Assembly (NCBI GenBank): GCA_000708835.1
Contig: DF237239.1
Span: 1 to 64,000, forward strand
DNA from: Klebsormidium nitens
Taxonomy: Eukaryota; Plantae; Klebsormidiophyceae
DNA length: 64,000 nucleotides
Direction: 5' to 3'
Below the pieces are notes generated by a model. The model saw only the letters and a program-made list of their open reading frames with translations. It ran no database searches and was not told the origin of the DNA. The position numbers and the translations under genes are program-made. Positions 26,318-38,400 of this stretch are shown in pieces. Positions within the stretch are counted from its first letter, which is position 1, and each line of letters starts with the position of its first letter.

Positions 26318-29300
26318 TCAGCAGTCGAGGATCTCGTCCAAGGAGAACGGCAGCCCGTTGTCCATCAGGGCTTGCTCGACGATCTCACGCGCACGCTCTT
26401 CTTCCTGCTTCATCCTGGCCGTTCGATGCATATCGGACGACGGACCATCTAGTGAGAGGCCGTCCCACCCTCTCCACGTGCCCTTCTTTCGAGAGGCCCT
26501 GTACGAGCCCGACTTGCTCAGCCTGCTGCTGTTTTGCCGCTGGAACGACTCCCACAGGGCTTTTCGCCGCTGGTCTTCTTTCTTTCGTTGCTCGGCCTTC
26601 CGCTTTTCCTTCTCCTCCCGGTTGTCGTACAAGCCTACACGAGTCAAAGGCGAGTGAGATTTGGTCGAAACAGTTTACTTCCGTAATGGTAGCCAAATTG
26701 CTCTGGATTTCCCAGATCAAAGACGTCTGTTATGTCACCAGCTTTCCTCCGAAAGAGATGCAAACCGTAAGAGACCCGTCGCGCAGGACCATGGCTTCTC
26801 AAAGGGCTTACATAGTTTCCGGTGTTGACGCCTTTTTGCTATGTTTCACAAAAGCATAACCACTTTTTATGCTCTTGCCGCCTCGAAAGGCCAGTGCTTG
26901 ACTCGACGGCTCACCTTGCTCCATTTCTTCCTTGACCTTGAGCTCCTTTAGTTTTACAGCCAGTGTTTTGGCTGGGGCGAACGCCGGCGGCTCAAATGCC
27001 GGGGGAGGGGTCGGATGGGTCTGCAGACAAGAAACAATAACAAAACTAAGTGCTGAGCTTCCCATTTTGGAAACAGGGGTTTCGTTGGAGATCAGAGCAG
27101 GATGCTTTAGCAATCAAATCTACCTACGGTACTGTTTGAGCCTCGTAAAATGTGAATCTCAAAGTTTTTTCATTCTCCGTTGAAAGGAGGTGACGCGAGA
27201 TTTTCTTCTTGCACTTCCAACGAGTATCGTAGCTCTCAGCTTCAGGGGCGAATTGAAAACAAACCAGTCGGGATCCAGTACCAACTTTGGCAAGGTCCAT
27301 CCGTTCATCCATCCAGCGAAAACTTTGCGGCGACCCGTTAGCCGGCCCCACCTTTGTTCTGGGCGCCATGAAGGGCCACCGCTGCTCCGGCAGCCGCTCC
27401 TCGTCCTGGTCAATGTCCCGGGCGATCTTCTCCTTTTTCCGGGCGGACAAGCTGGGCTTCTCGTAGAAGCTAAACGCCTCGGACTTGGTGACCGGTAGCT
27501 CCGCGCGTGCGCGCTCGAGGGACGCCTTGAAGCGCCGCTGGAGGTTCTCGAAGTCGGGAACGGCTCTGCGCGGAAAGCAGAAAGTCGTGTCATCAACTTT
27601 TCCAACAGAAAGGAGGGTCTGTACCAGAAACCTTTCAAATCCACTCCTGTCTGAAGGAACAGAGTCCGTGCGCCAGCTTTGAAATGTTTGGGGACCACCT
27701 GAATATCCTATTTCAATTGCACGCAATCAGTAAAGGAGAAGCTTTTGCCTTCTTCTTTTCCGCATCGACGACCAGCATGCAAGTCCAAAACAAATGTTAG
27801 ATCACCGGAAGTTGTTTCTGAGCAAGAAAGAGATGCCGAAAGACGTCACTGCATGTACACCTTGAAGGAGTCAATGTTCGCGTCGTTAAAACGAATGCGC
27901 GACTCACGTCTTCACACGTGGTCTGAAGCTGGCTTCCTCCTCAATGAAGAGCTTGGGCGGCGGCGCGGTTTGTTTGCCCTTCTCGTGCATTTCCATGCGG
28001 GGCGGCAGTCGCGAGTTCTTCAGCTCTTCCAATGCGCGCCGCTTGCGTAGCTCTTTTCTGGCCCCCATCTCTTTCATCAAAGAGTCAAACCTGGAGCAGG
28101 TAACAGAGTAGCGTCAAGAAGACGTTAAGGGGCGGCTTGAAGTCATGAATAAAATTAGTCCATCGGAAGCGCCTTCAGGTATCACGAAGAGTTTGTACCT
28201 GGTGGGACACAGCCAGTTTTCCTCAAAGAAACATTGGCGGGGAGAAATGATTGAGGTTCCAGGTATTGGAAGGTTGCAGACATAGAACTTTTACAAAGAT
28301 AATTATATTACAGACGCGCTTCAATACGCGCAGTCTAGTCTTACATGGGCGCTAAGTCCGTTGCGCCTGGTGTGAGTAGCCTTCTCCGATTCCAACTGAC
28401 AGCAAACTTTGGCAGAATATTGGCTAGAACAGCTGCTCGAAGGCATCCAGTAACCCGCTGATCAAAGGCACGAGTCTGTCCGGAAGTGGCAGCTTCGGAG
28501 AATTGCATCCAAGGACTATTGTCATACCATCGAGCTGGCTTCTCTATTTGGCGAGCACTCACTTCTTTTCCTTGACCGCCGCGGGTACCGGGTTGGCTTT
28601 GAAGGCGGGCCCCCGCTGCTTGGCAGCCTCAAGATCGGCGGACTGCGCGAGGCCACGTGTACGGCTGAGCGTGTCTCGATTATAGAAGCTGAAGGGCTTC
28701 TCCCTCGACCGCATCAGCTCCAGCGATTGCGTGTGCACCTCCTGCAATAGCGTATCAGCGGCAAATCATTGCCAAGCCAACGAGGGCGTGCAGGGCTGCT
28801 GTCATGTCCGAAGGCAAGTTTCTATAGGGTACATTTTGTGATCACAGACGTCAAGAACAGCTCAGGGGAAGGCGAAGAGAGAACATCGGAAGAAAAGTCG
28901 GGTGAGGGGAACAGACCTAGAGAGATGGTCTGTGCATCTGTTCCGGAAACGCGCAGCAAGATGACGCTCGATTGCAGAAAGCTGATCTTGTTGTGTCGCA
29001 CTAATGCAATAAGAATCGAAACGCTCGTTCCGGTTGTCCTCCGTTTCTTACCCGCCTCCTCTTCTCTCTGGCCGCCGTCAGCTTGACGTAACGGGGGAGC
29101 ACGGTCGACCGGGGAAGTGGGTTGGCCTTGAAGTGGTTCTTGGTTAGGTACCAGTCTACCTCGTCTTTGAGAGCGAGATCCTGGAAGCGGAAAAACCCTT
29201 GTGAGGCAAAGCGAAAGGCTGCTCCAACTCCTGGAGGCTTTTCGCAATGATTCTTAATAGCTCGCCCTTTACGTGGTAACTCGTCAGGAGCATTTGACTC

Positions 29301-32300
29301 GTTGCTGCAAGAGGTGATCAAATCCCGATGACGTCACCGACGGAATCGGAGCCGGCAATCTGCAGCAGAACGTGCACAGCAGGCAACGACTTTGATTCAA
29401 GATTCTAGTCTGAGCGTCCAACTGGCGCCACTTTGACGGCGCCAGTCTCTCATCCCCAAAGCTCGAAGCCCACCTGCGCTGTGCGCTTCTCCGCGATGCT
29501 CCTCTCCCGCAACCGTTCCCTCTCATCGAATCTGAATGGCTGGGGAACCGTCGCCCCACGAGGTACCCCCAAGTACCTCACACAGTTTCTGTGACAGCTG
29601 TGCTCCGTCGCCAGCTGGTACGGCCCTTTCACCCCCCCCGGAAACGTCACTCTTTCAACCCCACCGGAATATGTCACTCTCTCGACTCCCCTTGAAAAGC
29701 TCCGTTCGCTGGCTCCCCCTTCTGAGGCTCTCGGGCTGTCCTCCTGCCATGGGCGCCCGATTGTCCGTGCGGATCTGGGCCGCTGTTGGGGGGCAGTCCC
29801 GTTCAAATACGCGCCCCTCCGCTCCATAGCGTATGCCGTATGGTGGTCGCCTTCGCCGTCGGAGTAGTAGTTCGGCTCCAGGAGCTGCCCCGGGTCGTCG
29901 TCATAAGCGCTGCTGTCGTATAGTCGGTCAGCGCCCCCACGCGGCCGGCTCCGCTCCGCCCAACGAGGCGACTCGTCCTCTCCGGAATCGCTGACGTCAC
30001 TGGCTGATGACCGGCTGTCGTCAGCTTGACCCCGGTATGGATCTTCTGCCTTTTCGCCCGACTTTCCCCACTTGTTTGCTTCCTTTCCCCCACTCTTTCT
30101 ATGCCTGCTTTTCACAGGTGCTTCTCCCCTCTGGCTGCCAGAATCCACGTCAGCAATGACGTCAGCATCCGTTCCGCCCCTCATCCCCGGCCCCGCCACG
30201 TGTTCCCAGACTCCGGTCTTCCAAGAGGACCCCCTTTGCTCCGCCTCTCTTGTTTTCCTCTCGACCCCCCTTCCATTTCGGTTTCCTAAGTCGCATTCCT
30301 CTTCACTGTCGGACCTTCCGCGTCTCCTCATGTCTCGAGCGCCGTTTACGGGACCACACCTCCCTTGTGAACGTCCATCCTCATAGGAACCTCTTTCGAA
30401 GTTCTTTCTCCTGCTCGTACTCGGAACCGCTTCTTCGGCACTCCCTCTCTCGCCCCCTCGAGATGCCCTTCGTCCAGAGCCTTCGTTCAACTTAGTCCTA
30501 TCATCCCCCTCAGTTTCTTCGCCACCCGAATCCCCTTCCCGTTCTTCGACAATTGGGCTGTTGGCATCCCAACCCGGCGCAATCCCCAGCGCTCGCCTGT
30601 AATCTTCCTCCCTCACAGAAAGCTCGGGCCACGCGTGTCTCAAGTCTTCACCTCGAGTTTCTTCTATCGCCAGTTCTGCTGCTTCATCTGATCCCTGTTC
30701 CTCCCCCGATCTAGTAACCGCATTCGCAGAGGCAGCGGTCCTCCGAGCTATTCGATCGTGCCGCTGTGCAACGTCTTCTACGCTCTCTTTGCTGGGCATC
30801 GGTTTCTCTCTTTTGACGCTCTCGTCTTTCCGAACCACCGCGCCGTAAGGCAGCTGCCAGCGCGGTCTCGGGGAGCTACCCCTCGACGCTTCCGCGTCGC
30901 TGGTTCCACCTTCTCGATGTTCTTTCTCTCTCAATCCCACATCAAGCTCTCCCTCGTTTCTCGTCCGTTCTTCCAGCACGCTCCGTGTTCCCTCCTGCTC
31001 ACTTTGCTTCTCCGGAGAGGCCACTTTGGCAGCCCTGAACACTCCATCCGTTCTATCCATCTCAGCCACTTGTCCCTCGGCCTCTTCGTGCAGGTTTCTC
31101 ACGCCCCCCCCTCCGCCCCTGCCTTCCAGCTCCCCCCGAAGCGAGACCAGCATCCGCTCCAATCTCTGGACGTACGAATCCGACGTCTGGTTGGGGCTGA
31201 GGGGGCCTCGAATGCTCGCGAGCAGCGCGCGCGCCCTCGGGCTCTCGGACGCGCGCTCGGCGCCGGACGAGTCGAGCTCCTCCTGTTCTCTCAGCCAGTC
31301 AGCGACGGGCAGCGGGCGCTGAGCGGCGGAGCTCTGGACATGTTGGCCCAGCCTAGTTCTCCTCTCCTTCTCACTCTGCATAAGGGAACAGCTGGACAGC
31401 TGAGGACGAAAGCAGATGCGTTCGGACGTTTGACGTGCGTGTGCGGAGCTTCATGTGCGTACACACCTTTGCTGGAACGAAAGGGAACGCAAGCGACCAC
31501 ACTCAAGGATGTAGACCCTCGTTTCATGTGGATAAACACAGGAGATCGAGGAGATGCATCGAGCTTTCAAGATCGGGAGGCAAGTTGGACGTAAGATTGA
31601 TATCATGTGAGCGGAAGAGAATAAGATGTGCACTGAAGATCTATTGATTGCGCCTTCTTGAGTGGGAAAGCTACGGTTAAGTGATGCCGACCAACCTGCT
31701 GGCGGTCTTGTCTGGCTTCACAACAGACTTTTCTCTGCGGACTATAAGCTTTAGTTGAAAGCTTTGAAACCTCTGGATAAGCGGTTCCCTTCAACATCTC
31801 TTTCCCATTATAGGCACGGCACTGTAGGTAGCAACAAGCGAAATCAAGAAGCCAGTCTTGAAAAGATACCTGGTTTGCTCCTCTTGCCGATTGTGGGCGG
31901 AACCATTCCGAGGCCTCGACACGGACGCCCGTTGTGGGGCGGGCGGAAAGTGGGCGCTCGTGCAGACTCCTCACTGACGAGACATTAAAAGGTGACGTGT
32001 CAGCAGCTGATCAGCGAAGAGAGTGAATACGAGCCTGAAAGACTTTTGTCAGAAGGTCCATCAAGTCAGCGACATATGCTGCATGGAATCGCTGCTATGT
32101 AGACTCTCCTTACGTCCATCTCACTGAGCCAGAGGATCAAAGATCAAATCACTGACAGCTAACAAAGTTTCCGGAGGCAAAGCAGAAGCGTTCTGACATC
32201 TTCATCAGGTTGGCTCCAGCAATAAGCAATATGGAGGGAATTCAGCAGAAGCCCAATCAAGCTTCTTCCTCTTTATCGAAATATTAAACGCACTAACGTA

Positions 32301-33156
32301 AGCGCAACACACCACTGGCTACACACACAATTGTCCAATCATGCTGACTTCCTCTCAAAATGGCGAAGGGAAACTAAACGAGCTCGCAGCCCAGCTCACC
32401 GGACTTCTCATCCCACACACTGCTTGCTCGCGAGAACCCCCCAGTCTGGCCTGCCACTTTTCGCTGCACCTTCTTCTTTGGCTGGTGCGGATATCGGGGC
32501 GGTGGGGGCACCGCTCGCTCCAGCGCCTCGTCAGCAAAGCTGAACTCCTTCGCCTTTACTGCAACCACCCCTTTCTTCTGGGGGGGTCCAAGTAGCCTCG
32601 AGCTGACCTCCCCTAGAACGTGGATGTTCTCCTGATCCTCTAATGGGGCGCTGGGGACGCTGCTCAGGTCCAGACTGGGCCGCCGCGCATTCCCGTTTCC
32701 GTTTCCGCTTCCGTTTCTGGTTCCGTTCCCGGACGACCGCCGCCGGACTTCTCGTACTTTGAACACTTGGGTGCCCCAGACCTGGTATGCTTCGTCTTCT
32801 TCTACCTCTGCTGTTGGCCCCTCCGGAATGACCTGGGGCTTACTCGTCACAACCGTTACAGAGTCAGCCGTTGGTGCGCTTTCCCCGTCTTCTTCTGCCG
32901 TGCCCCTTCTCTTCTCGGCGCTCTGTTTCTGGGCTCTGACTTGCCGCGCCACCGCTGCGCTCGGCCGAGGGGCCTTCTTTCCCACGTACCGCTGCATTGC
33001 TCTCACGGCGGCCGTTCCGGTCGGTGCCGAGGAAGTAACGGCAGTCTTTCGCCCCGACTGAGAGCGCTCCTGAGCCACGTGATGGACCTGGAAGACGTCA
33101 GCATTGCTCACTTCAGGGCCGCCAGGCTGCCTAAGGCTCCTCACAGACCCTTCCAT
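26318..33156 (-). CDS. FAM161: FAM161 (UPF0564)-like centriolar/ciliary microtubule-binding protein, ~1296 aa, 9 exons
   Basis: Exons 33156-32400, 31973-31870, 31375-29474, 29180-29052, 28741-28563, 28090-27908, 27565-27352, 27020-26915, 26634-26318, phases consistent. Motifs TVPQPFRF, FKANPLP, REKPFSFY, FKANPVP, SRLPPRM, VPDFENLQRRF recall the FAM161 domain. Family assignment is from memory of motifs. Confidence 0.75.
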
Positions 33157-33184
33157 GACTTGCTCTCAAAGAGGAAAGCTAGTC

Positions 33185-33236
33185 GGCTCCATTAACAAGC
33201 TTACTCTCTTTAGTGGGCTCCATTAACAAGCTTACT
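33185..33236. repeat. 21-bp perfect direct repeat (GGCTCCATTAACAAGCTTACT x2)
   Basis: Copies at 33185-33205 and 33216-33236, about 30-80 nt upstream of the FAM161-like ATG. Confidence 0.9.
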
Positions 33237-34037
33237 TTCGTTGCTCCGTGCACGGCAGCAGAGGCCCGTTCTCAAGAACTTTCTGCGTCTTGGGGACACA
33301 GTGTGTGTACGCCGGGATTGACGGGAGCCTATAAACTCGCCTTCCATATAATATCGAGAAGCTTCGCCAGAATACTTGTCAATGCAAGACGATCAAGGGC
33401 GGGCCGTCTGCATTCTGTTGTGGGAGTGCCGTTGGTCACAGCGCGGTAAAGAAGGGCTTGCTGTTCAACTCATGTTTGGAGTCTTGCGGCATTGGTCCGA
33501 CCTTGACACACTTGCAATGTTCGTACCTCAGGAACGTAATGCTGCGCAATCAGCACCAGCATGGAGTGTCAGGCTCATGTCTAGGCATTGTTTGAAGCCT
33601 CCGGCCAGTAATATTCTAGGATCAGTGACACGCACATTATGCATTATCGTACTATGGTCATCTCACGTTGCCATGAACATTGCGCGTTGCATGCCAATGT
33701 TCAACTGTCATAGAAGCATCAGCAGTCTCTTCTTCTGCTACCTTTCTCTCTGATGAACCTTTGATTGCACCGTATGGCTTCAAGAAGGGTCCGAGTTGAC
33801 ATACGGTAGGTTCAGTGACCATGAAATTCGCAACGACGGTAGCGTATGTAGCCTGTAGCCTGTAGGTCTGTAGACTCTAGCATCATTTCCGCGTTACCAA
33901 TAACAATTGGGTCACCTAGTGTCAACGGACCGACGGTCTGCAACTTGTGAACATCCAACCGATGCGCGCGCACCAGCGAGTATGAGGCAGCCACAGCCGT
34001 TCGATTAACCATCTAGTCCGTCGTCGGATGGCGAGAT

Positions 34038-34555
34038 GGTAGACCCTACGGGAGCACGACCTTTCGCGTGGAAAAATCACTCTATAAAATCTGGTCGCAC
34101 CGCAGACTGGCGACACTTCACAAAATCTCGGAAGATTGTGGGAAATCCAGTCTGTATTTCAGCCCTGTAAGGAAGGGTCGATTCCCCGGGCAAGCCATCT
34201 GGACCACAGCAGGACTGTTTCTGGCGTCCAGCCTGCCCGGTTCAGTGGCCTGTGCTTGCGATCCACCGGGGCAGAAGATAGGCGCCTCAAGTGCCCGGTT
34301 AAGGGGTGAGCCTAATGTCTCAACCGGGCAGTTGAAACGCTAGGAACAGCCCTTGTATAGTCTTTCTGCTTACCCGGGGAATCGGCCTATGCTTACAGGG
34401 CTGAAATACAGACTGGATTTCACGACAACCTTAGCAGATTCTGCGGAGTGTCGTCAGTCTGCGGTGCGACACAAAATTTGTAGAGTGAATTTTCGCGCGA
34501 CCGCGGGGACCGCGTCCGAGTCAATTTTGAAGGTCGTGCTCTTGTAGGGTCTACC
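34038..34555. mobile_element. Non-autonomous Mutator-like (MULE) fold-back element/MITE, 518 bp, long TIRs, 9-bp TSD
   Basis: Begins GGTAGACCCTAC and ends GTAGGGTCTACC. Arms align over ~34038-34245 vs ~34318-34555, including a 30-bp perfect block (34142-34171 / 34392-34421). Flanked by the direct repeat TGGCGAGAT at 34029-34037 and 34556-34564. Confidence 0.9.
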
Positions 34556-35421
34556 TGGCGAGATCGCAGGTTCGGCGCATTTTCTTCTCTGAGTCTGACA
34601 TCAGAATGCGTGTAGTCGTGTCGTTTGATCTCCTGGCTAGAACAGGTCTGGAAAGCTGCTTCAACTACTCCAAAGCAAAAACATCAAAGTATTATAAAAG
34701 TCTCCAGGACCAGAGCGTGGATAAAGATCAAGTGATTCTGCTCAGCTTTAGCTCCAGAGCAATCTCTTAGATAGAGATTGCTCCCGAATATCGCTGGAGT
34801 ATATCTTGGAACTCCGCGTTTGTTCAGAGCCATTGTGTAATGAGCTCAGCTTCTTCATAGCTCCAGGTAATCCTCGAAAGCGGAGGGGCACCTCGCAGAT
34901 CAGCCCCGCAATCAAGTTTACTGCTCAGAGTGAGCCAACGTGAGTTCTAATAAAGCTGGCCTGCTTTGGTGACCATTTGAAAATCAATAATGCATCAGCA
35001 GTAACACCAACTTTGAATGCTAATTTGAGAGCGTCACCCATGAAATGATCAAACTTTTCCCCAGAAGTGCTCTTTCCACACAATTCACAAAGTATAAAGT
35101 TTATGGCCGCAGTTGCTGGTGTGGTGCACCCAGCATTACTAGCAACGTCTACATTGATTGTTTAAAAAGCTTGTCGGTCAATTTTTTACTGCGGGGTAAA
35201 AAAGAAGTCCTGGTTTGATGCCCAGGTGAAGATCATCAGTACTCGCTGGAAGTGGGTCTCTCACTTTTTGTACATTGCGAGTCTCCCCTCAAATTTCTGT
35301 CAGACAACCACCACAAGCGCTCTCTAGAAGCAGGTGGATATTTCAATCAGACGGAAAGTGTGTGCGTTAGTTCCTGGCAGCCAATCCTTTGTAAACTTTT
35401 TTTCAGGCCCCTCTTTCTCAA

Positions 35422-38400
35422 ATGGGGGGGTGCGCCGGGAAGCACTCGGACGCAATCCAGCCCACGCTGTCCCCAGAACCGTCCCGGAAAAGTTTGGGCA
35501 ATGAACTGGGAAATGACAGTGCCAATATCGCACGCACGAGATCGAGTGGGCGCAGGAACGGACTGCCAGAGCAGGTCTTCAGCCGCAGCAGTCTGTCGGG
35601 TATCGTCAAGATTGTGATCAAGGGGGTAAGCACTCATCAGATCAAAGTGCGAGCTGCCTAGGGGGCATTCTTGTGCCCTGTTTTGTTTTACACGTGGATA
35701 AGTCTTAGCTATAGATTGATAGCCCCATGGACTACTGGACGCCAATTGTCACTTGTTTGATCTGCAATGCTGTGAAGACAAACTTTGGGAAGAAAGGGGC
35801 ATACCATCAATGGCCGGCGAACTTTGACTCGCCGCACTTTTTTGACCTTTTACTGGGTTGGCTTGGAGCATCAGCAAAGGTAATGACCAGTCCCTAAGTC
35901 TCTTGACGAGTGAGGGGCATCCCCCTCAGGTTAGAGACTGGTAAACAAAACAATTGACAAGAAACCAGAGTCTGCCTGCCAACCAACAGTCCAGTCTTTC
36001 AGTTGGGCAGATTATTTTAAGCTGCGAACTTGTTGATTCTCCGTCTTTTGCAGGCCACTCTGCAGAAGAAGCACCGCTGGTATGCGGTGGTCACACTGGG
36101 GAACCAATCCTTCAGGACTTCCACAGCAAGCTCGTGAGTGTTTTACTGCTCAAGTCACAATAAAGCCAGTGGGCTGCGACCCAAGTAGGATTATGCACTC
36201 TGTGCACTCCCCTTGCATCAATGGTTGTTCCTTTTCATCCACTAGCCCCATGCGACTTGGGCAATTGTTCTGTTGGTGCATTGGTTGAATGATTGACTGG
36301 TTGCAGGGCTGGTCGTGTGATCTGGTCGCGTACTTGACTGTTCGTATAAATAGTTGTTAGTGCAGCTTTGACCTAATTCACAGGAGCCCCTAGCCCAAGT
36401 TCTGGTCAAATGAGTAGATTGTTATCGCTCTGGAGTCACCTGTAAATGCTTTTGAGTTTGACTTCCTAGTTCATGGACGGTAAGGACAATACTTAGGACA
36501 TCTGGAGCAGGAGAACACAATCACGGAGTATTCCTCAACCCAAGCGTCTTGCAATCTTGAGAATTGCAAAGGCTTTTGCCGTAAGCTCCCCCCCAGAACG
36601 ACGTGTTCGTTTGCTCTCGTTAATAGGTCGAAGACTCCCGTGTGGAACTCGGAGAAGAAAGTGGCGCTAGAGGAGAATGGGGCCAGGGTTTGCCGAGTAT
36701 CCATCATAGAGGTAAGGGGCACCGGTTTCCTCTACTTCTTTGAGAATCCCATCAGCATGCCGTTCTAGATGCCATCTAAAACGGTGCCAAGTCCTAACTG
36801 GTCTATCGACCACATGGGTCAGCATGACCTGCCCAAATGCTTCTGCTCGTACTGCAGAGTAGCGGTTTTGTTTGGCTGCTGACAGGCGCTCCCTTGCATG
36901 ATGATTAAGGCCCAAGTGAATACCTAACTCGAGGATGTTCTGATGCACGGCAGTCTCAGAAGCTCTCCAAGAACAAGCTGGAGGGCTACGCAGAGTTCGA
37001 CCTCAGCAGCATCTTCAAAGAGGCGAGTTCTTACTGACCTCCGTTTTCGTGTGACGTTTCTGGATAGACCTGGTATTGGTTTGGGTGCTAGGAGCACCCA
37101 TTGGCGGGCGGTCTTGCCCAAATGGTACGTCGGAGCTCAGTTCAAGACTCTACCCTTTGACTTAAGAAATCAATCTCGGCAGAGCATATGACTTACACCG
37201 AATTGATACTCTTCGCGGGGTAGTATGAAGAAGGCTTCCATTGATGCCGGGCACCGTTGGTTGGTCTGCGCTGACTGGGTCGAGCCGATTGCATCAGCCT
37301 CCTCATAAGAAATACGCCTAAAAGTTGTCCGTAGCAGATAGATTACGACTCTGTGTCATTACAAATTCCGATCAAAAAGCATCACATTTGTCCAGGACGT
37401 GATGACTCGAAGATCATCGTACCAGTGATTGAGAGTGGGCTTCGGATCTGTTTCTTGACTGAGCACTTTACGACTTCGCCAGAGTCCCCCGGCTGAAGAT
37501 TGGTTGATCTATGGGTTTACACTTCGAGGCAGCTAAGAAAGACTGACGGCAGGTCAGTGCTCACCATGTGTCTCCCGTTCTGCAGGGCAATCAGCACGCC
37601 GACGATGAGATACCCCTCTACAACCCCTCCACAAAGACGCAAAGTGTTGGGACCCTCCGACTCTCCTACATTGCAGAGGTAAGCAAACAAAGAGCCGAAC
37701 TCCGCAGACTGTTTACCCTGGACTCACTGTCTCTGCGAGCGGCCTCCTCGATCTCAAGCAGCGCCGCTCCTCCTCGAAGTCTCTGTGAGATGAGAAAGCA
37801 GTAAGAAGCCGAACTCGGCTCGAAGAAGATTCCCGGTCTCAAAAAAGAGACCGGCCCGCCATCGGCAGAGACTCTGCTAACGGCGTCTCAAAGTTCCGGC
37901 CCCAATGCTGCTTTTGTGATTTAGCAGGTATTCATTTGTGGGTGCTTTGCTGCAGCCAGCGCATGCTACCATCCAGCAGTTTTCGAAGCGCCTCTTGACG
38001 CTGGGAGACCGAGATCAAAACGGGATCCTGAGCCTGGCGGAGTTCCGGGAACTGATGCACGCGTTTGGCAACCCCAACAAAGACAAGGAGGTGAGCATTC
38101 AGAAACGAGGTCATTGGCGGTCATTGTCCATCGCGAGGCTGATCTGCGGTGAGTGATGATGAAAACGGACGTCATGAATGCACCCTGTTTGAGAGATCTA
38201 GTCTGGATGAAATCGAAAGAGCTGAACTGCAACCTTGCATTTACCGATAACCATTCGCCGTTCGATGGCATAAAACATCGTTTGTCGGAAGTGTGATAGC
38301 AGAATGTCCTTGATAGAATGCATCGCCACAGCCGGGTTCCTTCCCTCGTTCCAGATGGAGGAGCTGTTTCAGACTGCCGATAAAAACGGGGACGGGATAG

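Noticed and set aside
30758-31594. 278-aa plus-strand ORF
   Set aside because: Antisense shadow of the large GC-rich FAM161-like exon.
33668-33679. GTTGCCATGAAC, an X-box-like motif upstream of a ciliary gene
   Set aside because: The second half-site does not fit the consensus, and RFX factors are not known from green plants.
34757-34783. Perfect 11-bp stem hairpin GAGCAATCTCT-TAGAT-AGAGATTGCTC
   Set aside because: Considered as a Helitron 3' end, but the downstream CTRR is not followed by T and no 5' TC end was identified.
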